64,000 bases of DNA, from positions 35,588,001 through 35,652,000 of the forward strand of contig NC_042997.1 in NCBI RefSeq assembly GCF_006345805.1, read 5' to 3'. The notes beneath the pieces are model-generated. The model was not told where the DNA came from and did not search any database. It was given only the letters and a program-made list of their open reading frames with translations. Positions 40,030-52,630 of the stretch are shown in pieces; positions within the stretch are counted from its first letter, which is position 1, and each line of letters starts with the position of its first letter. The position numbers were made by a program, and so were the translations under genes. Origin of the DNA: Octopus sinensis (lineage: Eukaryota).

Positions 40030-42290
40030 TTGCATCACGTTGCCTAATTTATACGAGCTTTATTCCCATTCAATTTTTTTCAGAGTTTCTCTCACTAGCG
40101 CACGTTTGTCCAAAAGCCTCCCTTCATTTTCAAACACTAAACAATGCATCTTCTTCCAGTGAAATATCCCCGAATCGACCTAGAATCCTCTCACGTTATG
40201 AAGTAAAACGTAAATCACACACACCCTTTCACTTCCGACACATTTCCCCATAACTCTTTTATAGACCATATTTGCTGCTTAAGCGTCCATCAACCCTCAT
40301 ATGACTGTCTGTTGAATGTTGATGCATATACAGTCTCCAATCGCAGTCACATTTTTCGCATGGCTAAGAGCAACAAAGGCATCCAGTTATTTCTGATAAA
40401 ATACTCTCTTTTTAACTAACCTAAGCACATCTGCTTACTCAGCTACTCTTGACAATATTTTGACTATATTACTATTCCCAAATCCCATGCTACAATTCAT
40501 CACTGTCTGAAATAACAGTGAATGATGCAAATCAGGTCCACAGTTATTTTTCTTGGACAAATAGAGAGCAATGGAAATTTTTTCCAATATATGACACTTT
40601 ACAGTAAATACTTTCTCTCTGTACATTTATCTAAAACCGATGCATAGACATCCCCAGAGAAACTTGAACTTTTTCTCACCGACAAAACCAACATATATTA
40701 AACCAACATCTACTCTGTCATGGGAATTTATCTCAGCACACATCAACATACACTGTAATATTTCTATCTATCTACATTATTGCACAAGTTACATATCTTC
40801 CATTATTAACCGCTACAGACAGGGCTGGAACCTACCATCTTAAGCCTGTCCCTCTTCGTTTCACAAATAAACACAACTCATAAAGCGAAATTCCCGAAGT
40901 AATCTCACATAGCTAAAGTGCAATAATTCTAACATAAAGCACACCCGCTATCTTCTGGAAAAAAAAACACATATCCATACAAACAATTCGGTTTCAATCT
41001 CTCCCCCCACACACACATAGCTCCTCCAATTAATTCCTCAACAGGCGAGCGATTCATCTATCCAACGCACATTTCAAAAATATTCTATATTTCCCACAAC
41101 TAATTATAATTTTAGAATCTTGTAAAAAGGTGCTCCGCCATCTTTGCAAAATTTTCGACCACTCTACTTTGCAACCACAGTTTCATTGTAAGTAGTGCTC
41201 AAATGTTACCAGTTAGCATCCAACTGACATAAACAAATATAGTATATCAGTACCAGATTACTATCACCATAATCTTAAAATCACTCTCATGAATACATTC
41301 AGAACAATTGCAAATGCGCTCCTACTTGTTTGAAACCACCAGATTACGGTTCTAATTGTGTCACCACCCATTATACTTAAGCAATGTAACAGTAGATCTT
41401 CAATTTCTTGTCAAGCGCTTCAATCTCACTCTTTCAACAGGGATTTATTTGGATCTTTGAAAACACTTTGCAGTAAGCTCAATTCTGTAGTCGGAAAATC
41501 ATCGTAACACTATCCTCTATTATTTCAGCATTCTAAACTTTATTTTGTCAGTTATTAACATTCATCATCCCGATCATGAAAATCCCTTCTAGTAAATAAT
41601 CGCTGGTATAGATCTGCTACAGAAATACTCACTTATGTCACCCACCAGTGAACACCCGAGATAATTACGAATACAGTGGTGCCACCATTCAAACCCGCAA
41701 AATATTCCCCTCTCATCTCCTGGATCGGATTTTTCTTATCAAGTCACACTAGTGCAGTTTCTTGATATATTACGAAATGCAAAGGTGAAATTTCTTAATA
41801 CTAGCACTCGAGTATGCATCAATATTTAGGTTTGGTCACCAAAAGTTTCTTAGACTTCATCCATTAACTGCTCGCTCACACTTCCTACAGCTTCCAGTAC
41901 TATTGTTTACTCTTGCCTTCATTTCCTCATCGAAGTCTTTTCGAAATGGATTCCAAACTCTGCACGCATCTCATATAGTGATATATGAATATTCTACAAT
42001 GTTGTTATGCTCAAAGGTATCCTCTTCAACGGTACGAAAACAGAATATCCATGTTAATGCCTCTCTATTGTCCAAAAGCGCATTTCTGATCACGTAACTA
42101 TTGTCTAATCACATCCACCCACTAACAGACCACCCAGACCTACTTCTCTTCGATTTTAAACTTCAATATTCACTCTGTCCCATCATATTCACTCTAACCA
42201 GTTACATTCCAATTTTCTCACGAGGACAAAAGCCTGTTTCTCAATCCATTTGCGTGTCTCTTTTCTGCAGCTGTCAACTGGCATCTTTGT
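40030..42290 (-). mobile_element. Possible ancient, heavily decayed LINE (RTE-like?)
   Basis: A 2.2-kb block free of microsatellites with a purine-rich minus strand, as in LINE ORFs. Only faint motif resemblances and no clean RT motif recovered. Confidence 0.25.
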
Positions 42291-44594
42291 AAGAAATGCT
42301 TATAAAGCATCAGTGTCAATTGTCTTGACGTGCTGCAAAATATAGAGGCACATATTTTCTACATAAGCTATTAAAATATACCCAATCAATTTCGATTTCA
42401 TTAACGGAAATATTGTTTCATTTGTCATCAATTCTCTTTGAACGGTGTATTCGCTTATGAACAGTGTATTGACTTATGAACGGTACATACGATAAAACAA
42501 TATTTGTCTTACTCCTATTTACTGAATCATACCAGCGTTCAAGCCTTACTTATTTTGGTAATTACCACAAAAGTAATCTATAAAGGTCACGAAATATAAA
42601 ACATACACGCATATACATGCAAACACATACACACACGCACACACGCACATACAAAACGCACGCGCGCGCACACACACACAAAAACACACACATGCATATA
42701 TGTATGCATTATGCATGTATTTATGTACGTACGAACATACAGTATGGTAATGCAGGCGAATCTGCATAAATTTAATCTAGACTACAACAGAAGATTCTAT
42801 AATAGCCGCAGACTCTGCTAAATGTAGCAGTTAAATCTTCCCCTCAACACACACATAAATACATACACGCATACACACCTACACACCCACGCCTCCTAAA
42901 ACATTTTTAAATGTAAAAAATCGGAATAGCCTCGGCTAAAATGCGTTTGATAATAGGTCTGCTGGGTCAAGTTTGACGAACTGGGACTAAACTACAACAG
43001 TTATTAGCAAGGGAAAAAAATGATAAAACGAGAAACAACTATCCTTTAAGCATCAATCCATCATATATAATCTGGCTAAGCAAACTACTACTTGTACTAA
43101 CCACGCACGCTGCTATTTATCTATAAATCAACAAGGCTATTTGTTAACATCTACAATTTTCCCTCACGCTTCAGTAACGTCTGTATTTATTTCCAAGAGA
43201 TTAAAATTGATAATTGTTCTTTGATTTTTCGCTGTTCATGATGATCAAGTTGATGGTAGTGTTGGTGGTTGTGATAATGATTATAATAATAAAACCAAGA
43301 AAAAAAAATAATTGTTTGACATTTAGTGGTTTATGGCCCGATATAACTGCAAAAAGTTATCTAGATATATACATGACTTTTAACGAATCAAAATTTTCTA
43401 TTTGAATATCGACCATATATTTAGATCTATGCTGGCGTCTCCTAAGTTAATTGTTTTACATTGTTTATATTCGATATTATTCTTTGATCAAACACCAACA
43501 CAATTGTTGTCTCTATCCGGTCAAATATAGCTGCTAAAATGAGATATCAACAGAGCTAACTATGCAAGATGGATGTTTGATATATTGTAAAGCAAAAGAA
43601 AACAGTTTAATGTAATACACGAGACGAAAATGTCTTTGGTATCACAATAGAACTACTCCCTATCCAATTGATTTCGTCCTCTCATTAAAGGCACACTTTT
43701 TTCTATTTCATAGAAACTTTAAGGTTTGTAGTAAGTAAAGTATTCATATTTACACCAACTGAAATATTCAGATACACATGAATCTTCCTATTTTGAGGTT
43801 AATGAGTATTCAAGCCTTTATTATAAATTACGATCGATATGAAATACATTTCATAAAGGCATTCACCAACATGCGTCAGATTACGTGGTATGGAAAGCTT
43901 CATTAGATAAACGTATAGAATTTATAATCCAAATGGACATTTTTTGACCGATTCTTCCTCAGTATATATTTAAAGTTTTGATGGCAATTTATATTGTGTA
44001 CATCACTGTATATACTTGGATACACCAGCATAAATACATGCATACAGGCATACATATATACATGCATATACAGAAATATATCATATTATAATTATATATA
44101 TATATGTATATGCATATATACACACACACGTATATATTGTGTACATATATATTATATATTATATTAATTATTGTGGATGCCTCAGATTGTGTGCACATAT
44201 GCGTGAGTTTACATGTGTGTGCCAGTGTACGCTAGAGTGTATGTAAATGTGAGTGTGCATATGTGTGTGTAGGTGGGGCATGTATACAATGTGAAACCAA
44301 GAATATATATTGACACCCTATGGACTGGATGATATACATATGCTTGCTGGATTAGCTAAATATACAAGCAAAATCTTTCTAGAATAATACTCAATACCTT
44401 CTTTATGAGAAATGCTTACATCGGAATAAGATTGTAGAAAGTCCATTTAAATAAACACAAACATACACACACATATTTATGTATGCATTTGTGTATACAT
44501 AAATACCTACATACACAAATGCCTACAAGGACACATACATGCATACATGCATGCATACATACATACATACACACATAAATACATACATGCATAT

Positions 44595-44648
<54 letters not shown>

Positions 44649-45355
44649 GGAGCTTTTGTGTATGTAAGTATGTGTGTGTGTAAATATTTACACTTGCGTA
44701 CGCATATTATTGTGTATATATCTTTTTCTTCATGTATATGTGCAACCTGGTGCGAGTGCGCGTATGTTTGCTCGTCATATTCCATTTTTTGCCTGCATTT
44801 ACGTGAAAACAAGAACATCAAACCCGTATTAATATTTACACAAAAAAGACCCAGGAAATAACATATACTAGTGTAGAATTATCTCATTCATTCATAAGCA
44901 AATTGCGTTTAGTTACTTTATTAGTTTATTTTACTTCACCTAATTTCAATAGATTGTTTTGAAAAGAAGAATAATGGCATAGATTAAGCCAAAGAGCAAT
45001 TAACTATCTGCCTTAATTGAATGCGTTATTTTTCACTGATTATTTTATTAAAACGACTTATATTATTGAAGCCATTATCGTTTAAGATTGCTTGCTATTT
45101 TGGACAGTGTCACCGATAACCAACAGTGAGTAACGAAAACACTAGAATATTTGTTGAACATCAATTATGTATAGTCAGAGTAATAAAAGTAGCGACAAAT
45201 CTATTTGCATTTACATCAATGTAAACACAAGCATCACATTGCCAGTTTTAATTTTTCTCGGTTTCGTATGCCTGAATCGATTAGTAATCTTATTCTTTTT
45301 TAAAATATATTTCTATATGATTTCTCCTCTTTCCATATATATATATATAATATAT

Positions 45356-45387
<32 letters not shown>

Positions 45388-45807
45388 CTCGCATGTGTAT
45401 ATATATATATGTGTGTATATACATGTATTTACACATACACAAACACATACATATACATATATATGTGACATATACATATATGTGTGTGTGTGTGTACATA
45501 TAGGCTGATTTATTTACACTTATCTACTGATGTCATGCATTTTATAGTAAGATTCACTACATCAAAGTTTTGCCGTTAACAGTGAATGAGAAATTTAATG
45601 TTAAAAAACGCTGTTGCTTAAAGCAAAAGCATTGGAAGAAAGTGACCAAAGTTATATGGAGAATGCATTTAATATTGAATATTTAGTATAGTTTTAGTAC
45701 TTTCACGGACTTCTTAAATTAATCTAAAGTGAACAAACAATATTAAAGCTATTTGAATTAATAGATATTTATGTTCATTCTTAAAATTAGTGTGTGTTTA
45801 TGATATT

Positions 45808-46115
45808 GAATGGGAAACGATGTCCCACCCACCATATTCTCGGGACATTGCACCATATGATTATCATTTATTCTGCAGTTTCCAAAATCATTTGGATAGA
45901 AAAATATGAATTCAGTAGACGATTTCAGAACAGTACTGGAGGACTATTTCCATCACATACAATTGAATTTTGGAAATCTACCAGAAAGATGGAAGACAAT
46001 TGTGGAAAATGAAGGACAGTATATTTCAGATAAAAAAAAAGAACTCGGCTTATCTTAATTTTGAAGAATAAAAGAAGTATAAAAATCCGCATTATTTATG
46101 GAATGATATCCAAAA
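45808..46115 (+). mobile_element. 3' fragment of a mariner element (transposase C-terminus and right TIR)
   Basis: Translation EWETMSHPPYSRDIAPYDYHLFCSFQNHL...LPERWKTIVENEGQYI. TIR-like end AAAAATCCGCATTATTTATGGAATGATATCCAA. Confidence 0.85.
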
Positions 46116-46131
46116 TATGTGGATATATGTA

Positions 46132-47334
46132 ACAGGTCATTAACAATGAAATGTCCAATTTTCTTTTGCGCAAATTTGACAGTAATTAACATTAATGTTT
46201 TATCGTGACAATACTTTGTTTTCGAAAGGCAATTCGTGGTGTGTGATTATTTTGTTAATTTTCTCTTGTAACTCAATTTTTTTTTTAATCCATGCATAGA
46301 TAAAAAATTCGTGTTATTATGAATATAAGTTCCGTTGTGTAACAAATGCATTCCAGTGAGCTTGAAACATCAATGAGTTGTCTGCTGAAGATGAGCGGAT
46401 AAGCACACTGTACGCCGAAAGTTTAAAAATTCCGGTCTGGTGATTATATTCTTGAAAATCAGCCCCCTGGTAGGTCTTACACCAAAGTGGGCAATGATGA
46501 GTCGGAAAATGTAGTGGAACCGTATACATCTCAAACTACGCGTGAATTAACAGAAAGGTTTGATATTTCGATTCCAACTGCATTGGATCATCACAAACAA
46601 ATCGACAAGGTAAAGAAGCTGGAAAAATGGGTACCACACGAACATCAAAAGACTCGTCGTCTTGGAACTTGCTGTTCGCTCCTGTCACGGATTAAAGTGA
46701 ATACTTATTGCATCGTATTGTTACGTGATGAAAAATGGATTCTTTTCAACCATAACAAGCATTCTGCACGGTGGCCGGATAGAGACGAAGTGCCGAAACA
46801 CAATCGAAAAAAGAATAGCCACCAAGAAAAAAGCTAATAGTGTATGTTTGGTGGTCTAGCGCTGGTGTCATACACTACAGCTCCATGAGAGTTGGTCAAT
46901 TACCACGGATCTATGCATCAACCAATTGGATGAAATGATGAGTGAACTTGCAAACAACCGAGATTGGTCAACGCTCTCGCAAGACAATGTTCGACCACAT
47001 GTAGCACAAAGAAACGTACTGAAGTTACAGGAACTGAACATGGAGGTACTCTGTGATCCATCATATTCATCATATTCACGTTTTCCAGGCATTAGACAAA
47101 TGTTGTAAAGAAAATTCTTCAAAGCTGAAAAAGCTGCAACACAGCATTTCCTGACATCATCACCTCTTGATCTCCAGAATTCTTCGCTCCCGGCATAAAT
47201 AAGCTTGCGATAAAAATGCAAAATTGTGTTGATAATTGGGGGTGCATACTTTGATTAACTGCATTGTTTTTTGTTGAGATAAATTAAAATAAACTATCAG
47301 TTCAAAATCAGACATTACATTCAAAATGACCTGC
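46132..47334 (+). mobile_element. Full-length decayed mariner (cecropia/Hsmar1-like) with transposase pseudogene ~46292-47258
   Basis: KVKKLEKWVPHE, RDEKWILF, VWWSSAGVIHYS, QDNVRPHVAQ, KLQELNMEVL, KCVDNWGAYFD*. Degenerate TIRs CAGGTCATTAACAATGAAATGTCCAATTT and rc CAGGTCATTTTGAATGTAATGTCTGATTT (23/29). TA at 46130-46131 and 47335-47336. Confidence 0.92.
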
Positions 47335-47515
47335 TATGTATGTATGTATGTATGTATGCATGCATGTGTGTATGTATATATGTATGTATGTCATTGTTGC
47401 ATATTTGCATATACTGCAGCCATGCATATGAAATTCGCCGAGTTACCAAAAGCATGCGTTTTCATTAATTATTAAATCTAAGACGCCAACCTAGAAGAAC
47501 AGTTATAGCGCTGTT

Positions 47516-47602
47516 AAAAGATAAGTATCAATCGAACCCTGAGATCGATCTAATCGACTATCCGCCTCCACCGAAATTTCAGACCTTGTGCTTATAGAAA
47601 TG
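47516..47602 (+). mobile_element. SINE family B 3' fragment
   Basis: GATCGATCTAATCGACTATCCGCCTCCACCGAAATTTCAGACCTTGTGCTTATAGAAA. Confidence 0.65.
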
Positions 47603-47616
47603 ATCACTTGCTTGAC

Positions 47617-47618
<2 letters not shown>

Positions 47619-47688
<70 letters not shown>

Positions 47689-47689
47689 A

Positions 47690-47736
<47 letters not shown>

Positions 47737-47902
47737 ATGTCTGTCTGTCTGTCTGTCTGTCCGTCCGTCCGTCCGTCCGTCCGTCCGTCTGTCTGTCTGT
47801 CTGCTTGTCCGTCCGTCCGTCAGTCCGTCTGTCTGCTGACTGTCTGTCTATATATCTGTCTATCTATCTATCTATCTACCTCGCTGTCTATCTATCTATC
47901 TT

Positions 47903-47935
<33 letters not shown>

Positions 47936-48135
47936 TTATATATCTATCTATCTATATATCTATCTATCTATCTATTTATCTATGTATCTCGCTGTCTATC
48001 TATCTATTTATCTATCTATCTAACTATCTATCTATATATCTGTCTGTCTGTATATATATTTATCTATATATCTATCTATCTGCTTATCTCTGTGTCTCTG
48101 TGTCTGTCTGCATGCCTGCCTGCCTGCCTGCGTTC
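47619..48135 (+). repeat. Compound tetranucleotide microsatellite (TCTA)n-(TCTG)n-(TCCG)n-(TCTA)n-(CCTG)n
   Basis: Direct reading. Confidence 0.95.
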
Positions 48136-49192
48136 TTGTCTTTTTCTCTTTCTTAGTGTTCGCCTAAAAGAATTCAATATGCAAAATACTACCTGAAATA
48201 TATAAACTTCATAATATTTTAGACACACATGCATATATATATATATATTTTTATATATATATATATACATATACATATTTATTAAAGTATGCGTATATGT
48301 GTGCTCGTGTGTGGGTTTGTGTGTGTGCGCGCACCCGGTGTTCATACACTATTCCGTATCGCCTGAGTGACTTATGCTAATTGTTTTTAGGAAGGAAGTT
48401 CCTAGATGTATTTGCAATGTGTATATTGCGACGTTTGAGATAATATTGTTTTTAAACACTCATTTCATAAAAGAAAACCTTACCAAAGTAATAAGTTTCT
48501 TTATATTTTTATTACTTTTGAAAAATATATGTTCGCGAAATAGCGGATATGAGTGAAATTTATATATCTCGAACCATCCCTGTGATGTTGCCAAAAGAAG
48601 CATGACAATTTTTAATTTCTTCATTTACAGGATAGAAACAAAGAAATGGAATTACTGTAGCTTGGCGTCTTCTTATTTTACACGCGAGTATGCATGAAAT
48701 CTTTATACAGAATTTGATACTTTTCTTATTGAAAAATATTCATCAACATTCTCAACAATGCATCTTCACTCCGTTAACTACCTTTGTATTAAATATTGCC
48801 TACACATATTTTCTGCGCTGTTGCATAACTTGCTAGATATTCCAGCCGAAAGCCTTCAAAATGTATCTTAAAAGAGCATGATACATTGGATTATGTAGTT
48901 TAAAATATACATAAGATGTCTACATTGGAATGTCTTTCCCTCTATGAAACCCAGTGAAGCAATGTTAATGGTAGCAGCAAACTATCGTAAGCCATTTTTA
49001 AAGAAGTCATTTGATACTTCAAAATAAAAGTTATGTCTAAGTACTAAGTATTTTATTCATAAACATCCAAACTTGCTAGTAAATTAACCACCTACTAGTA
49101 AGCAGGTAGGTCAGTTCACTAGGCATTACAGTCAATTTGTCTGCAAACACACGCTACTTACCAGTGCAATAATGAAAGAAAATAGAAAATAT

Positions 49193-49427
49193 ATATTTCT
49201 TTACTACCCACAAGGGGCTAAACACAGAGAGGCACAAACAAGGACAGACAAACGGATTAAGTCAATTATATCGACCCCAGTGTGTAACTGGTACTTATTT
49301 ATTCGATCCCGAAAGGATGAAAAGCAAAGTCGACCTCGGCGGAATTTGAACTCAGAACTTAACGGCAGACGAAATACCGCTAAGCATTTCGCCTGGCGTG
49401 CTAACGTTTCTGCCAGCTTGCCGCCTT
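49193..49427 (-). mobile_element. SINE family B, left monomer only, with 18-bp TSD
   Basis: Minus strand GGCGGCAAGCTGGCAGAAACGTTAGCACGCCAGGCGAAATGC...GCCCCTTGTGGGTAGTAAAGAAAT. TSD AAAGAA(A/T)ATAGAAAATAT at 49175-49192 and 49428-49445. Confidence 0.9.
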
Positions 49428-50131
49428 AAAGAATATAGAAAATATCGAATGATATTCATTCATTATAACTTGGAAAATTCGATGTGTCATGAGTGCTTCT
49501 CATTTGCTCACAGGACATTAACAGAAAGTCCGCTTTCACTCTTTAGTCACTTATACCATGGCTATATTAAGATGATAAAATATATAGCAATACTTTATAT
49601 AAGCATCGCTATTGTCATTTAGTTGTTTACTAACATTTATCCCTTTGCATGAATTTGTTAACCTAGGAATTTCTTTAAGCATTAGCTGTCACCAATTACC
49701 ACTAAGACTTTGTTTAGTTTGTAAATTTGCAAAGAGCTCTGCTTGATCATTAAACGGCAACAAACGTGTTTAAACTCGTAAATTCACAGTAGTATCAATG
49801 ATACATAAATTTGTGCTCATTTTGAAAAATTCGAAAAATGTGATCTAGAATTGCCTCCGTGTTTCTTTAGCTGTATGTTAAAATAGATGAGTTTCATCTG
49901 GGGTACCTGGTCGTGCGTTTTATTTTGTGCGTGCGTATTTGCTCGCGTGCATATGTGTTGAGGACATGTCTGTGTGTTTGTGAATGTGTGTGTAAATAAC
50001 CAGATCGTATAAGTTCAAGGAATCATCTTAACATTTCTTGTATGGCTTTCTATTTAATAAGATGAACTGAACTACCAGTGAATATAATACTTACCTAAAA
50101 TGTCTGAGATGACTCTTTTATGACACAAAAG

Positions 50132-50163
<32 letters not shown>

Positions 50164-50944
50164 CACGAACATATACATACATACATATATACACAAATAT
50201 GCGCACACACACACTGAGACGCGCACACATAGACACATATGTGTACGTGTTTAGGAACGCGTATGTGCTTTGCATGTGTGTGTGTCTCGAAGACAGACAT
50301 GTGTATTTTCTTATCGGATGTAGAATATTTGGGCCACCTGATGTTGCAGATGTTAATTGTTACATACAATTATCTCTTGAAATATATGAGAAGGTTAATG
50401 GCCATGAATGTAAAACCTCCATCTTTACTCATGTACTGTGCTATTCATTGAATTACGCATTTGTGTCTCAAAATGTCTGAATGTTAATGATAAGCAGCTG
50501 GATTAGCGTAGTTGATTGATTTCCATATTTCACTTGCTATCACAACTAAAATAGTTCAGTTGTTCACCTTTAACCTTACTACAGGGAATAAATTGTTAGT
50601 CCATTAATGGCCTTTTGTCATTTTATGGAACATTAACAATGAATTTCAAAGAGAAAATATATTTCTAATAATGCTTTCTTAGATTGGCAGTAAGCCATAC
50701 ATTAAAAGAGAGGAATGTAGTGCCGATTGAACTGACATCCAATATAATATTTTAGTGAAAGCAGCAAAGCCAACTTTGGCAGAATTTGAACGCACACCAT
50801 AATGCAGTAGCTAAATCCTGCAAGGGATTTCGTCTTGTATTCTGTAGATATTGCCTCAGTGTTGAAATTAAAATTACTGTCTTCTAATATTGGTGTTAAA
50901 TTTTGTCAAAGTTCCGGTATTTCATTTACATCAGCTACAGCGCT

Positions 50945-51085
50945 CACTTGTACTTATTTTATCGACTCCGACTAGATGCAAAAAAACTCACCTCGACGAA
51001 ATCTGAAATAAGAACGTAAACACGGACGAGATGCCGCTAAGCATTCTTCCCGCCGTGCGAATGTTTCTGTCCGCTCTCCGCTCAA
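50945..51085 (-). mobile_element. SINE family B, degenerate
   Basis: Minus strand GAATGCTTAGCGGCATCTCGTCCG..TTACGTTCT...TCGTCGAGGT...GTCGATAAAATAAGTAC. Confidence 0.6.
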
Positions 51086-51261
51086 CTGCCAACATCTCAT
51101 AGAATATCTTTATATCTCATAGAATCTCTAAAATGAACATCATAAGACAATTTATCTGGCGCGTAAAAGTTGTGTCCGTACGACTCTCATTAATACATCA
51201 GTAATAACAAGGATTGCCAAGCATAGGTACACAGCCAAACATATATATATATATATGGTCC

Positions 51262-51432
51262 ACTCAATATGTGACCACGTGGCGATTTTTTTCTCCGTCT
51301 TCTCTTCCTTTTCCTATGTTTCTGACGAAAAGCTCCGCTCGAAACGTTGAAAATCCTCATTCTTTCTTTCCTTTTCCGAGCGTCCAATAACACTATACTT
51401 GTTCCACGTCCTCCGTTGTTGTGTTTTCTCTT
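51262..51432 (+). mobile_element. ~170-bp interspersed repeat carrying a hammerhead-ribozyme motif, copy 2
   Basis: Reverse complement of 6061-6233. Abuts a (TA)n tract at 51241-51256. Confidence 0.8.
51318..51353 (+). ncRNA. Minimal type-I hammerhead ribozyme motif with intact catalytic core
   Basis: GUUU-CUGACGA-A-AAG-cuccg-CUC-GAAA-CG-UU-GAAA. Canonical CUGANGA and GAAA boxes and palindromic ACGU stem III. One mismatch in stem II and one wobble plus one mismatch in stem I. Confidence 0.7.
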
Positions 51433-51797
51433 TGTGTTTTCCTCTTTGTTCTCTTACTTTATTATCATCTTATAATCATCTCATAATAATTGCTTTTATG
51501 ACTCTTATTACCACCTCAGTCATTCTAAATATATATATTTGTCGTTACCCGTCATAAATAGCCTTTTTTACTTGCAATGTGTATTTTCGTTGATTTTTCA
51601 TATTTTACCCCTATATATATATAGGGAGCTATACCACCACAATGATATAAAGCGTCTGTCGGGGAGCATGACATACACATGTAATATTGGAAAACTTCAA
51701 CTTGCACCTCCTAAAAGAGTACACTTCGTAACATAACAAGCATTGTTATTGGTCATGTACTGTTTTAATTAACGAATTTAATAGAATTATATATAAA

Positions 51798-52184
51798 CTA
51801 GCAGTATCGCCCGGCGTTGCTCAGGTTTGTAAGGGAAATAACTATAAAGCATTTTTAGAGAGTTATAGCCAAAAAATAGCAAAAAAATGGAAAAAAAATG
51901 ATGGTAAATTTTTTTTTTGAGAGTAATAAAAGGTTGAGTTGCGTCCCCTAGACAGTCTGTGGTTTGTTTTTTTTTATTCTCGACCCCATGTCGAATTTAT
52001 CGATTTTTTCAGAACTGGGGGAACTTTTCAAAATTTTCGCTGCGTTAGTTTTGAATTATGACATTGGGCTATGTGTGTGTCAAGTTTCATCAGAATCGGT
52101 TGAAAGCCGTGGTCAGGGTGAGGGTACGAGAAAACAGACACACAGAAACACGCACAGACAAACTGCCGTTTATATAGAGAGAGA
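51798..52184 (-). mobile_element. Non-autonomous Helitron-like element (Lep1/HINE-type)
   Basis: Minus-strand 5' end TC and 3' end CTAG, with a GC-rich subterminal hairpin-like motif (CCCGGCGTTGCTCAGG on plus). Sits between A and T with no TSD. Contains the typical AAGTTTCATCAGAATCGG...ACAGACA(CA)n...TTTATATAGA layout. Confidence 0.75.
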
Positions 52185-52188
52185 TATA

Positions 52189-52353
52189 GGCGTAGGAGTG
52201 GCTGTATAGTAAGTAGCTTGCTAACCAACCACATGGTTCCTGGTTCAGTCCCACTGCGTAGAATCTTGGGCAAGTGTCTTCTGCTATAGCCCGGGGCCGA
52301 CCAAAGAGTTCTGAGTGGATTTGGTAGACGGAAACTGAAAGAAGCCTGTCGTA

Positions 52354-52395
<42 letters not shown>

Positions 52396-52630
52396 ATATA
52401 TATGAGTGTATGTATGTGTGTGTGTTTGTGTGTCTGTGTTTGTCCCCCTAGCATTGCTTGACAACCGATGCTGGTGTGGTTTACGTCCCCGTCACTTAGC
52501 GGTTCGGCCAAAACAGACCGATAGAATAAGTACTGGGCTTACAAAGAATAAGTCTCGGTGTCGATTTGCTCGACTAAAGGCGGTGCTCCCGCATGGCCGC
52601 AGTCAAATGATTGAAACAAGTAAAAGAGTA
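52189..52630 (+). mobile_element. Full-length tRNA-derived SINE, family A (best copy)
   Basis: GGCGTAGGAGTGGCTGTATAGTAAG (A box), GGTTCAGTCCC (B box), internal (TA)n(TG)n, tail GGCGGTGCTCCCGCATGGCCGCAGTCAAATGATTGAAACAAGTAAAAGAG. Confidence 0.93.

Noticed and set aside
46385-46425. CTGAAGA...CGAAAG hammerhead-like spacing
   Set aside because: Stem II does not pair, and it lies inside mariner transposase coding sequence.
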